64,000 nucleotides of DNA from NCBI GenBank assembly GCA_963815195.1, contig CAWFGE010000018.1, forward strand, positions 1 through 64,000, in the 5' to 3' direction. Under the pieces are notes generated by a model that saw only the letters and a program-made list of their open reading frames with translations, ran no database searches and had not been told where the DNA came from. The DNA is from an uncultured Planctomycetaceae bacterium. GTDB taxonomy: Bacteria > Planctomycetota > Planctomycetia > Planctomycetales > Planctomycetaceae. Of the stretch, positions 1 to 11,283 are shown piece after piece; within the stretch, counting starts at the first letter, position 1; every line of letters starts with the position of its first letter. Position numbers and translations under genes: made by a program.

Positions 1-21
1 TTCTGTCACCGCTTGACGACC

Positions 22-3000
22 GTATTGCTCGCCTGGCGGCGTCATTGGAATCGGCACAGAAGTCGTGCGATGCGGTCTTGACCCCAACAAGGTGCTCAAC
101 GCCTGGCGGCGTCATTGGAATCGGCACCGGCGCTCCTCGCGGATCCGTCGGCCAACGAGTGCTCAACGCCTGGCGGCGTCATTGGAATCGGCACCGTGCT
201 CGACGCCGATCGTAGGCCGTCGATATACTAGTGCTCAACGCCTGGCGGCGTCATTGGAATCGGCACGCGACAACCGCGACGGCAACAGCGAGCAGACGTG
301 TGCTCAACGCCTGGCGGCGTCATTGGAATCGGCACTCGCGGCAATCGTTCAGCCGCATGCGCGTTGTGAGTGCTCAACGCCTGGCGGCGTCATTGGAATC
401 GGCACGCTGCTCAGTGAGTACCAGCGCACGGCCATCGGCTGTGCTCAACGCCTGGCGGCGTCATTGGAATCGGCACGGATCGCCGGTCTGCAGATTCGTC
501 CCGAGGTATAGTGCTCAACGCCTGGCGGCGTCATTGGAATCGGCACCTCGCACGTCGCTCACCTATCGCTGACGTCTGCCGGTGCTCAACGCCTGGCGGC
601 GTCATTGGAATCGGCACGCTACTGGATTTCCGATGCCGCGTAGCGGTCGTCCATGTGCTCAACGCCTGGCGGCGTCATTGGAATCGGCACATCGACAATT
701 GCCGACACAGTGTCGAACGCCGACAGATGTGCTCAACGCCTGGCGGCGTCATTGGAATCGGCACACGAAGCGGCTCGCGTTGGCCAGCGATGCCGTCAGG
801 TGCTCAACGCCTGGCGGCGTCATTGGAATCGGCACATTGATCACGGCTCTGCTCGGCTGAGCGGTTCAAGCATGTGCTCAACGCCTGGCGGCGTCATTGG
901 AATCGGCACGCAATCGTCGCCGGCGGTTCGTGCCGGATGTGATGTGCTCAACGCCTGGCGGCGTCATTGGAATCGGCACGACGACAATGACACATCGGGC
1001 ACGATCGCCATGAATGTGCTCAACGCCTGGCGGCGTCATTGGAATCGGCACGAAACCGCGGTGATCGAGCACCGCGACTTCGCAATGTGCTCAACGCCTG
1101 GCGGCGTCATTGGAATCGGCACCGAGACCGATCCTCGCGAGGTCGGTCGCGTCGGCCGGTGCTCAACGCCTGGCGGCGTCATTGGAATCGGCACGCGAGC
1201 TGGACACGTTGCTATTGACCAGCCGTGCGCGTGCTCAACGCCTGGCGGCGTCATTGGAATCGGCACGAACCGGATGCCAGCCTGCCAATTCGACAGGAAG
1301 TGCTCAACGCCTGGCGGCGTCATTGGAATCGGCACGCAGCACTGCTCTTTGCATCGCGCACGGATTTGACGTGTGCTCAACGCCTGGCGGCGTCATTGGA
1401 ATCGGCACCCATCCGTCCGGACGCCGTCGACTACCGCGCGTGTGCTCAACGCCTGGCGGCGTCATTGGAATCGGCACCGCGCGGATCGCCGATCGTGCGA
1501 CTCGACTGATCGATGTGCTCAACGCCTGGCGGCGTCATTGGAATCGGCACGCGAGTCGCGTGAATGCCGCGGCTCCGTCGCGTCATGTGCTCAACGCCTG
1601 GCGGCGTCATTGGAATCGGCACCGGAGACTCGATGCGGCCGAATCGGCGATGACATGTGCTCAACGCCTGGCGGCGTCATTGGAATCGGCACCGACGATC
1701 GCCTGCGGCGACCGGAGCCGTCGCATGTGCTCAACGCCTGGCGGCGTCATTGGAATCGGCACATCGCGAATCCATCGCGGCCTTGGCGCAGTGCGTCTGT
1801 GCTCAACGCCTGGCGGCGTCATTGGAATCGGCACTTCGCTCAGATGCCGCGGCGACGACCGATTGCGATGTGCTCAACGCCTGGCGGCGTCATTGGAATC
1901 GGCACCGACATCGCGTGCCGATCGCAGCGGCTCGGTCGACAGTGCTCAACGCCTGGCGGCGTCATTGGAATCGGCACGCATCGCGAACGTGCGGCATCGA
2001 TCGGCCGCACGATGTGCTCAACGCCTGGCGGCGTCATTGGAATCGGCACCGCGAGCGCATCGACGGTGCTCGGACTCTCGGACAGGTGCTCAACGCCTGG
2101 CGGCGTCATTGGAATCGGCACGAGATCGCTGCATCGTCTCGGCAGCGATTCCGCGATAGTGCTCAACGCCTGGCGGCGTCATTGGAATCGGCACGACTAC
2201 GATTCCGTACACCGTGGCAGCGAGCATTCGTGTGCTCAACGCCTGGCGGCGTCATTGGAATCGGCACTCGATCAAGTCGCATCGATCGATCAGTTCCACG
2301 GACAGTGCTCAACGCCTGGCGGCGTCATTGGAATCGGCACGGCAGATTTCGCGCGATCACGCTCGGCAGTCCGCGATGGTGCTCAACGCCTGGCGGCGTC
2401 ATTGGAATCGGCACCCGATTCGATCCGACTGCTCACGCTGCGCCAGTCATGTGCTCAACGCCTGGCGGCGTCATTGGAATCGGCACCTCGTGCTCGTGGC
2501 AGCGTCACGTCCGACTGACCGAGTGCTCAACGCCTGGCGGCGTCATTGGAATCGGCACGCGACGTCGCAGGCAGCGATTGCGGCCTTGATCAAGTGCTCA
2601 ACGCCTGGCGGCGTCATTGGAATCGGCACCTCGACGCTGACGCTCGACGAGCTCCGCGGCGCGATGTGCTCAACGCCTGGCGGCGTCATTGGAATCGGCA
2701 CACGACAGCGCTCGGCATCGCCTGCAGACGCGTCGCATGTGCTCAACGCCTGGCGGCGTCATTGGAATCGGCACCGCGATCGGACTGGCGATGTCGGCCG
2801 CAGCGATGCAGTGCTCAACGCCTGGCGGCGTCATTGGAATCGGCACGCGTTGGCGATCGCTACGAATGCTGCTGGTCGATGTGCTCAACGCCTGGCGGCG
2901 TCATTGGAATCGGCACCTCGTCCAGCGCCGCGGCATGCATCGCAGGCCGGCACGTGCTCAACGCCTGGCGGCGTCATTGGAATCGGCACAATCGGTTCGT

Positions 3001-5495
3001 TGCTCGACATCTCGATGCGGCGTATATGTGCTCAACGCCTGGCGGCGTCATTGGAATCGGCACACCAGACCGGCATCGGCAGCTCTATGCGAGTTGTGCT
3101 CAACGCCTGGCGGCGTCATTGGAATCGGCACGCGAATCAGTGACGTCGTGCCGCCGACATCCCTGCGTGTGCTCAACGCCTGGCGGCGTCATTGGAATCG
3201 GCACGTGCAGGCCGTGATCGCGCCGTCGATGCGCGGACGAGTGCTCAACGCCTGGCGGCGTCATTGGAATCGGCACCGAGGTCGGCGCCGGCTGCATAAC
3301 GCGCGTCACATGGTGCTCAACGCCTGGCGGCGTCATTGGAATCGGCACCGGTCAGCGCCGGATACATCAAGCGAACTGGCGACAGTGCTCAACGCCTGGC
3401 GGCGTCATTGGAATCGGCACGCAATCCGCAGCGGTCCGAGCGCTCGGATTTCGCATGTGCTCAACGCCTGGCGGCGTCATTGGAATCGGCACGCCGCTGT
3501 CGATCGACGCATGCTGACGATCCGAAGTGCTCAACGCCTGGCGGCGTCATTGGAATCGGCACCGTCCGATCGCCGTCGACACCGCGGACCGCGTTGGTGC
3601 TCAACGCCTGGCGGCGTCATTGGAATCGGCACGTGGCGATCGCGACGAGCATCGCGTCCGCTCGGATGGGTGCTCAACGCCTGGCGGCGTCATTGGAATC
3701 GGCACCACGCGATCGCCGAGTCGAGGACCGTCCAGTCGAACGAGTGCTCAACGCCTGGCGGCGTCATTGGAATCGGCACGTCGACGGCGCTCGGCATCGA
3801 CTGACAATCGCACGATGTGCTCAACGCCTGGCGGCGTCATTGGAATCGGCACCGCCGACTCGCGATCGGTCGCGACGATCGCGCGGTGCTCAACGCCTGG
3901 CGGCGTCATTGGAATCGGCACGTCGGCGCAGTCCGCGACGGGATCGGCCACGTACATGTGCTCAACGCCTGGCGGCGTCATTGGAATCGGCACTCCGAAC
4001 TGCCGGCGGCGACTCGCGGCGGCGATCGGTGCTCAACGCCTGGCGGCGTCATTGGAATCGGCACGCGGTCCGACGTCGACCGCTCCAACAGACTACGATG
4101 TGCTCAACGCCTGGCGGCGTCATTGGAATCGGCACCACTGCGCCGGCTACGATCGACGAGCGAGATCCGATGTGCTCAACGCCTGGCGGCGTCATTGGAA
4201 TCGGCACTCGTGCGCCGAAACGCCGTCGCCACCAGCATGACTCGGGTGCTCAACGCCTGGCGGCGTCATTGGAATCGGCACGACGATCGCGGCGGCCACG
4301 ATCACGGCCGCGTCCAGTGCTCAACGCCTGGCGGCGTCATTGGAATCGGCACGACTTCGCCGTCGCAATACCGTGTGCAGCGGTCCAGCTGTGCTCAACG
4401 CCTGGCGGCGTCATTGGAATCGGCACGAGATCAGCCACGTCGTTATGGAAAGTCGCTCATGTGCTCAACGCCTGGCGGCGTCATTGGAATCGGCACGAGG
4501 TCTGAGTCGGCCGCATTTTGTTTTGAGGCATGTGCTCAACGCCTGGCGGCGTCATTGGAATCGGCACTGCCCGCGGCGAGGCGAGCGGCTTGATCCACGA
4601 GTGCTCAACGCCTGGCGGCGTCATTGGAATCGGCACGGCCTGGAGCAGGTGTCGCGCAGGCGACTGATCACGGTGCTCAACGCCTGGCGGCGTCATTGGA
4701 ATCGGCACCTGCGAGCAGGCGGTCGATCGCGGGCTGCCCTGCGCGTGCTCAACGCCTGGCGGCGTCATTGGAATCGGCACCGTCGTCTCGCTCGTCGGCG
4801 TTCGAGGCGTGTCGTGGTGCTCAACGCCTGGCGGCGTCATTGGAATCGGCACTCCGCGACGCGTGTCGCGTCGCGGAACCTCGATCTGTGCTCAACGCCT
4901 GGCGGCGTCATTGGAATCGGCACCCATGTCCGTGGACTCGCGAATCGCGCGATCGCCATGTGCTCAACGCCTGGCGGCGTCATTGGAATCGGCACCCTCC
5001 GTGACGTCGCACCGAGGCCGCGCATCGCGTGTGCTCAACGCCTGGCGGCGTCATTGGAATCGGCACAACAGCCGCGTCGCGATGCTCGAGCGTCATCGAG
5101 CAGTGCTCAACGCCTGGCGGCGTCATTGGAATCGGCACGCGTCGTGCATCGATCGACGCTCGCATCGAGTTCGATGTGCTCAACGCCTGGCGGCGTCATT
5201 GGAATCGGCACGCCGCAGTCGTGGCGATCGGCTCGATCGTGGTGTGCTCAACGCCTGGCGGCGTCATTGGAATCGGCACCTGCTGGATCGCCGATCGTCG
5301 CCAGTCGCGCTCGATGTGCTCAACGCCTGGCGGCGTCATTGGAATCGGCACACGCCGGCGCTCGTCGACGGTAACGTCGTCGACTCAGGTGCTCAACGCC
5401 TGGCGGCGTCATTGGAATCGGCACCGAACGTCCGGCCTAGCTCGACGTCGACTGGCGACGTGCTCAACGCCTGGCGGCGTCATTGGAATCGGCAC
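22..5495 (-). CRISPR. CRISPR array, 36-bp repeat (plus strand GTGCTCAACGCCTGGCGGCGTCATTGGAATCGGCAC), ~77 repeats / 76 spacers
   Basis: 76 identical repeats from 92 to 5495 at ~72-bp period (manual count), plus a degenerate terminal copy at 22-57. Minus-strand transcription is inferred from the degenerate distal repeat, the leader next to cas2, and the ACGCC/GGCGT hairpin followed by the 8-nt handle TTGAGCAC. Confidence 0.99.
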
Positions 5496-5715
5496 CGCAT
5501 GCCTTCCAACCCTTGTAACCGACAATGGTTACGATTGCAAGAATCACGCACCACAACAAACCGTTCAACCGTTCAATTTGTTGGTGTCGTATCAAATCGA
5601 ATTGCCAAAGAGCAATTTTATAAATCTTGGTCATATCGCGGTTTGAGTCCTCTGGCAAGAGCATCATGCAATCAAAAAATGAAGGTTTAGCGCCAACTTC
5701 GCGTGACCTTTGCAC
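5496..5715 (-). promoter_or_regulatory. CRISPR leader with a GTAACC-N6-GGTTAC inverted repeat (5515-5532) and a boxA-like site (5600-5614)
   Basis: AT-richer non-coding stretch between the first repeat and cas2; minus strand reads TGCTCTTTGGCAATT. Confidence 0.8.
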
Positions 5716-5813
5716 TTAAAGAAAGTGTGGCCGATCTTCCAGCGACCACCGGAAAGTGCATGATTCATCGCTCGGCAGCCCAGCCCTCGGCTTCCGCGAT
5801 AACGCTGCGTGAA

Positions 5814-6104
5814 TCAAACGATGCGAAATGATGGCGGGTCGTCGGCCCAATCGCAATGGTCGGGTGTGGAATGAATTGGCACCTTCGACGCACACTGGGC
5901 ACAAAGCGGCATCACCAGCAGATTGTCTTCGTCCGCAATGATTTCGGCAAGCTCCCAACGCAACTTTTCCAACGTAGGACGATCCAACCGGCAACGAAAG
6001 ATGCTGTATTGCACTCGGGTGCCATAGGCTTCCAGCTTTTTGGCCACGCGACGCAACCGCTTGGGATCGCGGATGTCGTAGGCAATGAGATGCCACATCT
6101 TCAT
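5814..6104 (-). CDS. cas2: CRISPR-associated endonuclease Cas2
   Basis: MKMWHLIAYDIRDPKRLRRVAKKLEAYGTRVQYSIFRC is the Cas2 signature; GAGGA RBS upstream of ATG 6104. Confidence 0.96.
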   Translation of the reverse strand: MKMWHLIAYDIRDPKRLRRVAKKLEAYGTRVQYSIFRCRLDRPTLEKLRWELAEIIADEDNLLVMPLCAQCASKVPIHSTPDHCDWADDPPSFRIV

Positions 6105-6151
6105 TTGGCCGTCCTCGTATGCCAGCTTCGAAGCCCGGCGAATGGTGGCTG

Positions 6152-7830
6152 TCACCGAATTCGCATGCGCCGAACAGACCCGGTGCGCCGCTCCATTCCT
6201 TCTCAAGCAGTCGGGCTTCCAATTCGACGAGTCGGGCATAGCTCATCGCCTTGCCAGTGTGGGGGTGCTTGGCGGGTTCCTCAAGTCGCGATTCAAAAAT
6301 GCCGATGGCCTTCTTCCGTCCCGGTCCAGACAACCACACATGAGCGCCAGCCCGCGTGAAATCTTCGACGGGGTTCCATTGCATGCGATTGAGGCTCCCG
6401 ATCAACGGCATATCGACCAGCAACACGCGGAAGATTTCCATCAAATCCAGCACCAACGGTGGCGCGGCCGAACGCGGCTGATGAAAATACCCCAGTGCCG
6501 GCTCCAGTCCCACGGCAAGTAAAGTGCGGTGCACCAGTCCGAAAAGCATCTGATAACAATAACTGAGCACAGCGTTGAATGCATCTTTCGGCGGATGTTT
6601 GCTTCGGCCCGTGGGATGCAGGTCGTTCGGAACGCGATCGGCGAGCATCGCCGGAACGGCGGCAAAGTATGCCTTGGCAGCCATCCCTTCCAGTCCGCGA
6701 AGCGTATCCAACGAGGCGGCCGAATTCAGTTTACGCAAACACTCGCGAATGCGTTCCAACTCCGCAATGACCTTATTGCGGGCGGAGTCATTTCCGCGAG
6801 TCGCCCGCAGCAGATATTTCAACTGGATTTCGACCTTCGCGTGCACGGTGCGGCGGGCCAGTTCGAAGCAAACCGCTTCGTCGGTGAGGGCCTTGTATTG
6901 ACGGATTCGCTGCTGGACTCGGCCGGGAGACGCCGAAGTGCCCGCCACAAACCGGCCGCCGAACGACATCCACTGCACTTGCACGCCGTGGTAGGAACAA
7001 AGCTGCAAAGCCTGGGTCGTGATTTGCCCAGAACCGTGAATGACAACCGCGTCGATTTGAGCGATCGGCACCGTTTGGCGATCGTCTTCAACCTTGACCA
7101 CCAGCGTCTCGCTGCTTTTGGTGATATAGGCTTTGCGGTCGGTGACATAAAGCGTTTGCTTCTGGCGATCGGCGGGAAGCGGGACGACCAAGGGCTTTTT
7201 AGCCGGTGATGGGACGTCGGCTTCTGGTTTTGGCAGGCGTTCTTCTTCGGGCAGACAAACAGGGGCCAACGAGCACGATTTGCAAAGACGTTCATTCTCG
7301 GTGACCGGCGGCCGCTGGGTGGTCTCGCGCAATTCGCGGCCCCGGTGAATCGCCTTTCGGAGGTCTTCGCGAGCCTCGTCATCGATCTCAACAAATGCCG
7401 TGGCATTGTCGGCGTGGTAACGAATGCGGGCCTGGCGGACTGGTTCGCCGAGTTCCTCCTCAGCGAGAACGGCATACGCGATGGCTTGAATGCGGTCGCT
7501 GGGCCAAGGCAGCGGCTGTTTGTCATCACCCCGCCGGCAGCGGCCCTTCTTGTGCTCGTAAGCGACCCAAGCCCCATCGCGCTTGCGAATCGCATCGATC
7601 TTGCCCTTCAGCCCCCACGTTTCGCTGGCGACATCAAGCGAACGCAGTTCCGGAGTTTCATCATCCAACGGCACCCGCTCGACATGCAGCCGCCGACCGG
7701 CAAAGATGAATTCGTTTGGGCATTGAATGTCCTCCACTTCTGTGAGATAAAACAATCTCTCGCAATATAGTAAGTCGCGAATCCCAATGACGCGGAGCGG
7801 CGGCTCCTGGGTTGTGGAAGGCGATGGCAT
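6152..7830 (-). CDS. cas1: Cas4-Cas1 fusion (MYXAN type); 1-nt frameshift near the 3' end
   Basis: N-terminal Cas4 (YCERLFY, GKIDAI, EHKKG, CKSCSLAPVC) followed by Cas1 (GLEGMAAKAYF, NAVLSYCY, GYFHQP, DLMEIFR). Restoring one base at ~6170 gives a C-terminus LFxRMRIR* ending at TGA 6152-6154. Confidence 0.95.
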
Positions 7831-7841
7831 AATCACTCCTA

Positions 7842-8615
7842 TTACTTGGGTTGCGTGCTAGCTGGAATATTGACCCAAGCGCCTGGCGGTGGCTGGGAAG
7901 AAATCGACTTCGTTTGTGGCGCGTATAACGCGGACCGTGTTTTGGAAAGTTCCGCGCGGTCAATTTCCTCGGTTAGCCGCGTGACGCGGTCTTGCATACC
8001 GATTTGCGTTTCAGCAGCCACCCGTTCGTACCAAATCACTGGCTGCGGTTCGGGAAGTAGTTCAGCGCGGTCTAACAGGAAGGCGTTGTCACCAAGAAAA
8101 GGCACACCATAACGATTGGTATTCAGTTCGCCATGAAGTCCCTGTCGAACGCGATCCGACAAACCTTCGTCGCCTTCCCAGGCGATAACCGCGCGGACGT
8201 CCATCAGCAACTCGCGGCGAACCGGGGTGATGTTGTACTTATTGCCTTTACAGCTCTCGGCCCGCAATTTGCCCGACGAGCCAACCGGATAGTTGTGGAG
8301 TTGCTGGTAAAGAGATTGTGGTTTGGGATAAATCTCCGATTCACTGAGAGGTACGATTCGGCCTCCACCCTTGAGCCGAAACATCGGCAATCCCAACGCC
8401 AGCCGAACCGTCGGCAAATCACTTCGGGTGAGCGACGCGGGCGTTTTCCCATCGTGGGCGTCGTCCTCTTCCCGCAGCCGGGTTTCGATGCAGGCAAAAT
8501 TGAGTAGCAGCCCGTAGGCCGCAGACGGCGTCAAGAAAGATGCCGTTGGGCGATACCATCCCGCGGTGAATGTGCGGAACGCGGCAAATGGGGCTTCGAT
8601 GTAGAGAAACTCCAC
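7842..8615 (-). CDS. cas5: Cas5 (DevS/Cmx5 type)
   Basis: LYIEAPFAAFR...TPSAAYGLLLN N-terminal motif, PFLGDN near the C-terminus; lies between cas7 and cas1. Confidence 0.92.
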   Translation of the reverse strand: MEFLYIEAPFAAFRTFTAGWYRPTASFLTPSAAYGLLLNFACIETRLREEDDAHDGKTPASLTRSDLPTVRLALGLPMFRLKGGGRIVPLSESEIYPKPQSLYQQLHNYPVGSSGKLRAESCKGNKYNITPVRRELLMDVRAVIAWEGDEGLSDRVRQGLHGELNTNRYGVPFLGDNAFLLDRAELLPEPQPVIWYERVAAETQIGMQDRVTRLTEEIDRAELSKTRSALYAPQTKSISSQPPPGAWVNIPASTQPK

Positions 8616-8618
8616 GGC

Positions 8619-9593
8619 CTATACCTCCCCACTCTGCTCGGCCAGGGCGCGGTCCGTGATTGTCGCGAGCAATCGGCGCGGGTTGCGGTCCACAGTAACG
8701 CCTTTCTTTTTGAGTGCATCGAGTTCTTCCGGCGTGAGCCCCCGTTTGACGATTTCACCGCCGACGTAAAACTCGCCGGCTTGGTCGTCGAAGTCTCCCG
8801 CGAGAATGTCAAGCAGGATTTCGGGAGTCTTTTCATCCGAACGGAAGCAATAGGTTTGATAACCGGCGACGAGTGAATTCGTCAACCGGGCGAAGATCGA
8901 AGCCGGAGCCATCTCGAAGTAGCTGCGGGCATGATTTCCGGCCACGCCGTTGAGTTCGCCGATCGCTTTCATCAGTTGCCGCGTCCATTCGGAGTGGTGG
9001 CTGCACTCCGCGAAGTTGAGTGCAAATGGATATTGAAACGCCGAAACAACCGTTTCGCGGTGCAGGAGCGCGGAGGACGCCTTCGCATCACCACCGCCCG
9101 GCTTCCACGGATTGCCTTCCGCAAATTGTGGGCTTTGGGTAAATATTGTGTTGTATCGATACGGCTTCAGCGCTTTTGCAAGGTTCATTCGCAAGACGGA
9201 ATCGCGTTTCATCGGGAAATCCGCTCCCTTTTCCTTACGTAGTTTATCAATCTCCTTACCCTTAACCGCCAAAAGGTAACCGAAGAAAAAGTCATCTACG
9301 AAGGCATTCGGATCAGGATATTCCGAATAACGAACAGCCAATTGTTGCTTAGCTTCGTCGCCACCGTCCGACTTGCCCTTTCCGGAAACCGGGTGGATGC
9401 GTATACGGTTTGTCGGCAGGCCATATGCCGCAAGTATTTCGCGGAGAGCGTTGCGCATGCTTTCCGGGGAGAAGATGGGATAATCGAATCGTCCATCCGT
9501 GACCTTTTGAATTACGGTCCGGTTGAGTTCCGATTCGCCGCGGTAATTCGCAGACGGCGCAGGATAGGTGAGAACAGTTGCAAATAAATTCAT
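8619..9593 (-). CDS. cas7: Cas7 (DevR/Cst2 type)
   Basis: MNLFATVLTYPAPSANYRGE, SPESMRNALRE, DDFFFGYL, VAGNHARSYFE. Confidence 0.93.
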   Translation of the reverse strand: MNLFATVLTYPAPSANYRGESELNRTVIQKVTDGRFDYPIFSPESMRNALREILAAYGLPTNRIRIHPVSGKGKSDGGDEAKQQLAVRYSEYPDPNAFVDDFFFGYLLAVKGKEIDKLRKEKGADFPMKRDSVLRMNLAKALKPYRYNTIFTQSPQFAEGNPWKPGGGDAKASSALLHRETVVSAFQYPFALNFAECSHHSEWTRQLMKAIGELNGVAGNHARSYFEMAPASIFARLTNSLVAGYQTYCFRSDEKTPEILLDILAGDFDDQAGEFYVGGEIVKRGLTPEELDALKKKGVTVDRNPRRLLATITDRALAEQSGEV

Positions 9594-9609
9594 GATTGAG
9601 GTCCGTTTA

Positions 9610-11283
9610 TCAAGAGTTAGCGGAGAGAGCCATGAGGGTGAGTGTTTTGACGTCCTCGGTGCGGTGTAAGAGGGCGTGACCGATTGACTTGAACTGCTCG
9701 ACGCTAAGAAACTGCTTCGCCGAAAACAGGGTTTGAGAGAAGTGGTCCACGAACGCTTGGTCGCGCCGCGAGCGAAATTCCAAAAACAGCGTTTCAGCGA
9801 CCGAACGCCGGTCGTCCTTGAATCCTTTTGGAACTCTTTCCCATTTGATCTTGTCACCCTCTTTGAAGTTGTCGATTTCGATTCCTGACTTCTTTTCCGC
9901 CCGTTCGGTGACGTACTGGCGGACCAATCGATGGATGATGTCCATCAACTTCGTGTCCTCGTCGGCGTGTTCGATTTCATCGGGATCGGTCATGGGAAAG
10001 ATCTCCAGCTTGAGGTATTTCCGCACATCTGCCCAAAACCACGGCAGGTTGTTGGGAGAATCGTCGGAGTGGACAAACAGTTCATGAGGCCAATTGCCGA
10101 AGGCATCAGCAAATGGCGCATACCAAGGGGTATCGTTCAACAATCCACGCAGAAGTCCGCTCCGAAATAGAGGGTTGCCAAATGGAGGCTTCTGTCCCGG
10201 TGCGCCCACGATGGCAAGGTAGCGATTGAGCAAACCCGGACGCGGTACAATACGGCCTGTCGAGACCAATTTGATGTTCTTCGCGACCTTCACCATGTGG
10301 AAAAACTCGATGCCACTAACTGTATAGGCGGATTCCAAGTCGCCCGATTTTGCAGCGCTGAGTTGGGCAAGATGCTCAAGGAATGACAGCGCCCCCTCAG
10401 CGGGAACGTCGATCACGGATTCCGCTGGACGGTAACCGCGCATGTCGCCTTTGAGACTGCCCAACACTCGCCTGTAGGCAGCCATGAACTGCGGGAGATT
10501 GGCGACCTCGGGAACGGCCAGCACATAGCCAACAAATTCCGAATTGCCGTCCGGCTCAATGCATTGCGGCACAAATACTAACGAAGTCAACATCCAAAAG
10601 TGCAGCAGAATTATCTGTTCGACGCGTCCTTTGTAGGGGATGTTCTCTGCTGTCGACGCTTGAGCGCCGAGCCAAAGTGAGCCCGCGACGGCACTTGTTT
10701 TGAACTGATTCTTCGCCCCGGCCTTCTCGGCATCCACGAGGTCTTTCCACACAGCAGGCCCCTCCTTGCAGGTTTTTCCGGCGGCGCATTGCTCGAATGG
10801 CTGACGGCTTTGCGGATTGCCGCGGGGGATTTCCCAAAGCATATTTCGCCACAATTTGAGCCATTCCTCTTTTCCATCGACGATGTACTGGCCGAGAAAA
10901 CGGCCAGAAGGTTGAATCACGGAATACACATACTTTTCGACGACCTTTCGCTTTCCTTTGACTTCTTCCGATATTTTGATCGTATCGACGAGTTCCGCAC
11001 CTTTCCACTTCGACTTCACCTGCACATTGACCGGTTCAGCGGCGTAGAGATCATCGAACATCGCATTCACAGTCTTTGGGGTAAACGTAACCCGCACTTT
11101 TGTGTGAGGTTCCAGCTCGTCGAACTCGAAGGTGGGAGTGGTTAAGCCACGGTTCCGCATGGACTCAATCTGCAGCAACAGACCTGCCAAACCCGCTTTG
11201 TGTTGAGCGCTTGGGAGATCGAACAAGTCATAGGTGATCGTCACCGTCGAAGGATCAGATTTCTTTGCTTTCGTTTTAGCCAT
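9610..11283 (-). CDS. cas8: Type I-MYXAN large subunit Cmx8 (Cas8)
   Basis: YDLFDLPSAQHKAGLAGLLL, WLKLWRNMLWEIPRG, SLWLGAQA, LLHFW; helical C-terminal Cas11-like part. Confidence 0.88.
   Translation of the reverse strand: MAKTKAKKSDPSTVTITYDLFDLPSAQHKAGLAGLLLQIESMRNRGLTTPTFEFDELEPHTKVRVTFTPKTVNAMFDDLYAAEPVNVQVKSKWKGAELVDTIKISEEVKGKRKVVEKYVYSVIQPSGRFLGQYIVDGKEEWLKLWRNMLWEIPRGNPQSRQPFEQCAAGKTCKEGPAVWKDLVDAEKAGAKNQFKTSAVAGSLWLGAQASTAENIPYKGRVEQIILLHFWMLTSLVFVPQCIEPDGNSEFVGYVLAVPEVANLPQFMAAYRRVLGSLKGDMRGYRPAESVIDVPAEGALSFLEHLAQLSAAKSGDLESAYTVSGIEFFHMVKVAKNIKLVSTGRIVPRPGLLNRYLAIVGAPGQKPPFGNPLFRSGLLRGLLNDTPWYAPFADAFGNWPHELFVHSDDSPNNLPWFWADVRKYLKLEIFPMTDPDEIEHADEDTKLMDIIHRLVRQYVTERAEKKSGIEIDNFKEGDKIKWERVPKGFKDDRRSVAETLFLEFRSRRDQAFVDHFSQTLFSAKQFLSVEQFKSIGHALLHRTEDVKTLTLMALSANS

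Noticed and set aside
65..5690. Dozens of long ORFs with repeated peptides (VLNAWRRHWNRH, CSTPGGVIGIGT)
   Set aside because: These are translations of the CRISPR repeat, which lacks plus-strand stop codons; they are not genes.
5716..6151. Apparent C-terminal extension of Cas4-Cas1 overlapping cas2
   Set aside because: Explained by a single missing base at ~6170; the corrected frame stops at 6152.
7878..7892. cgcctggcgg match to the CRISPR repeat inside cas5
   Set aside because: Only ~10 nt, within coding sequence, with no handle or partner repeat; likely chance.
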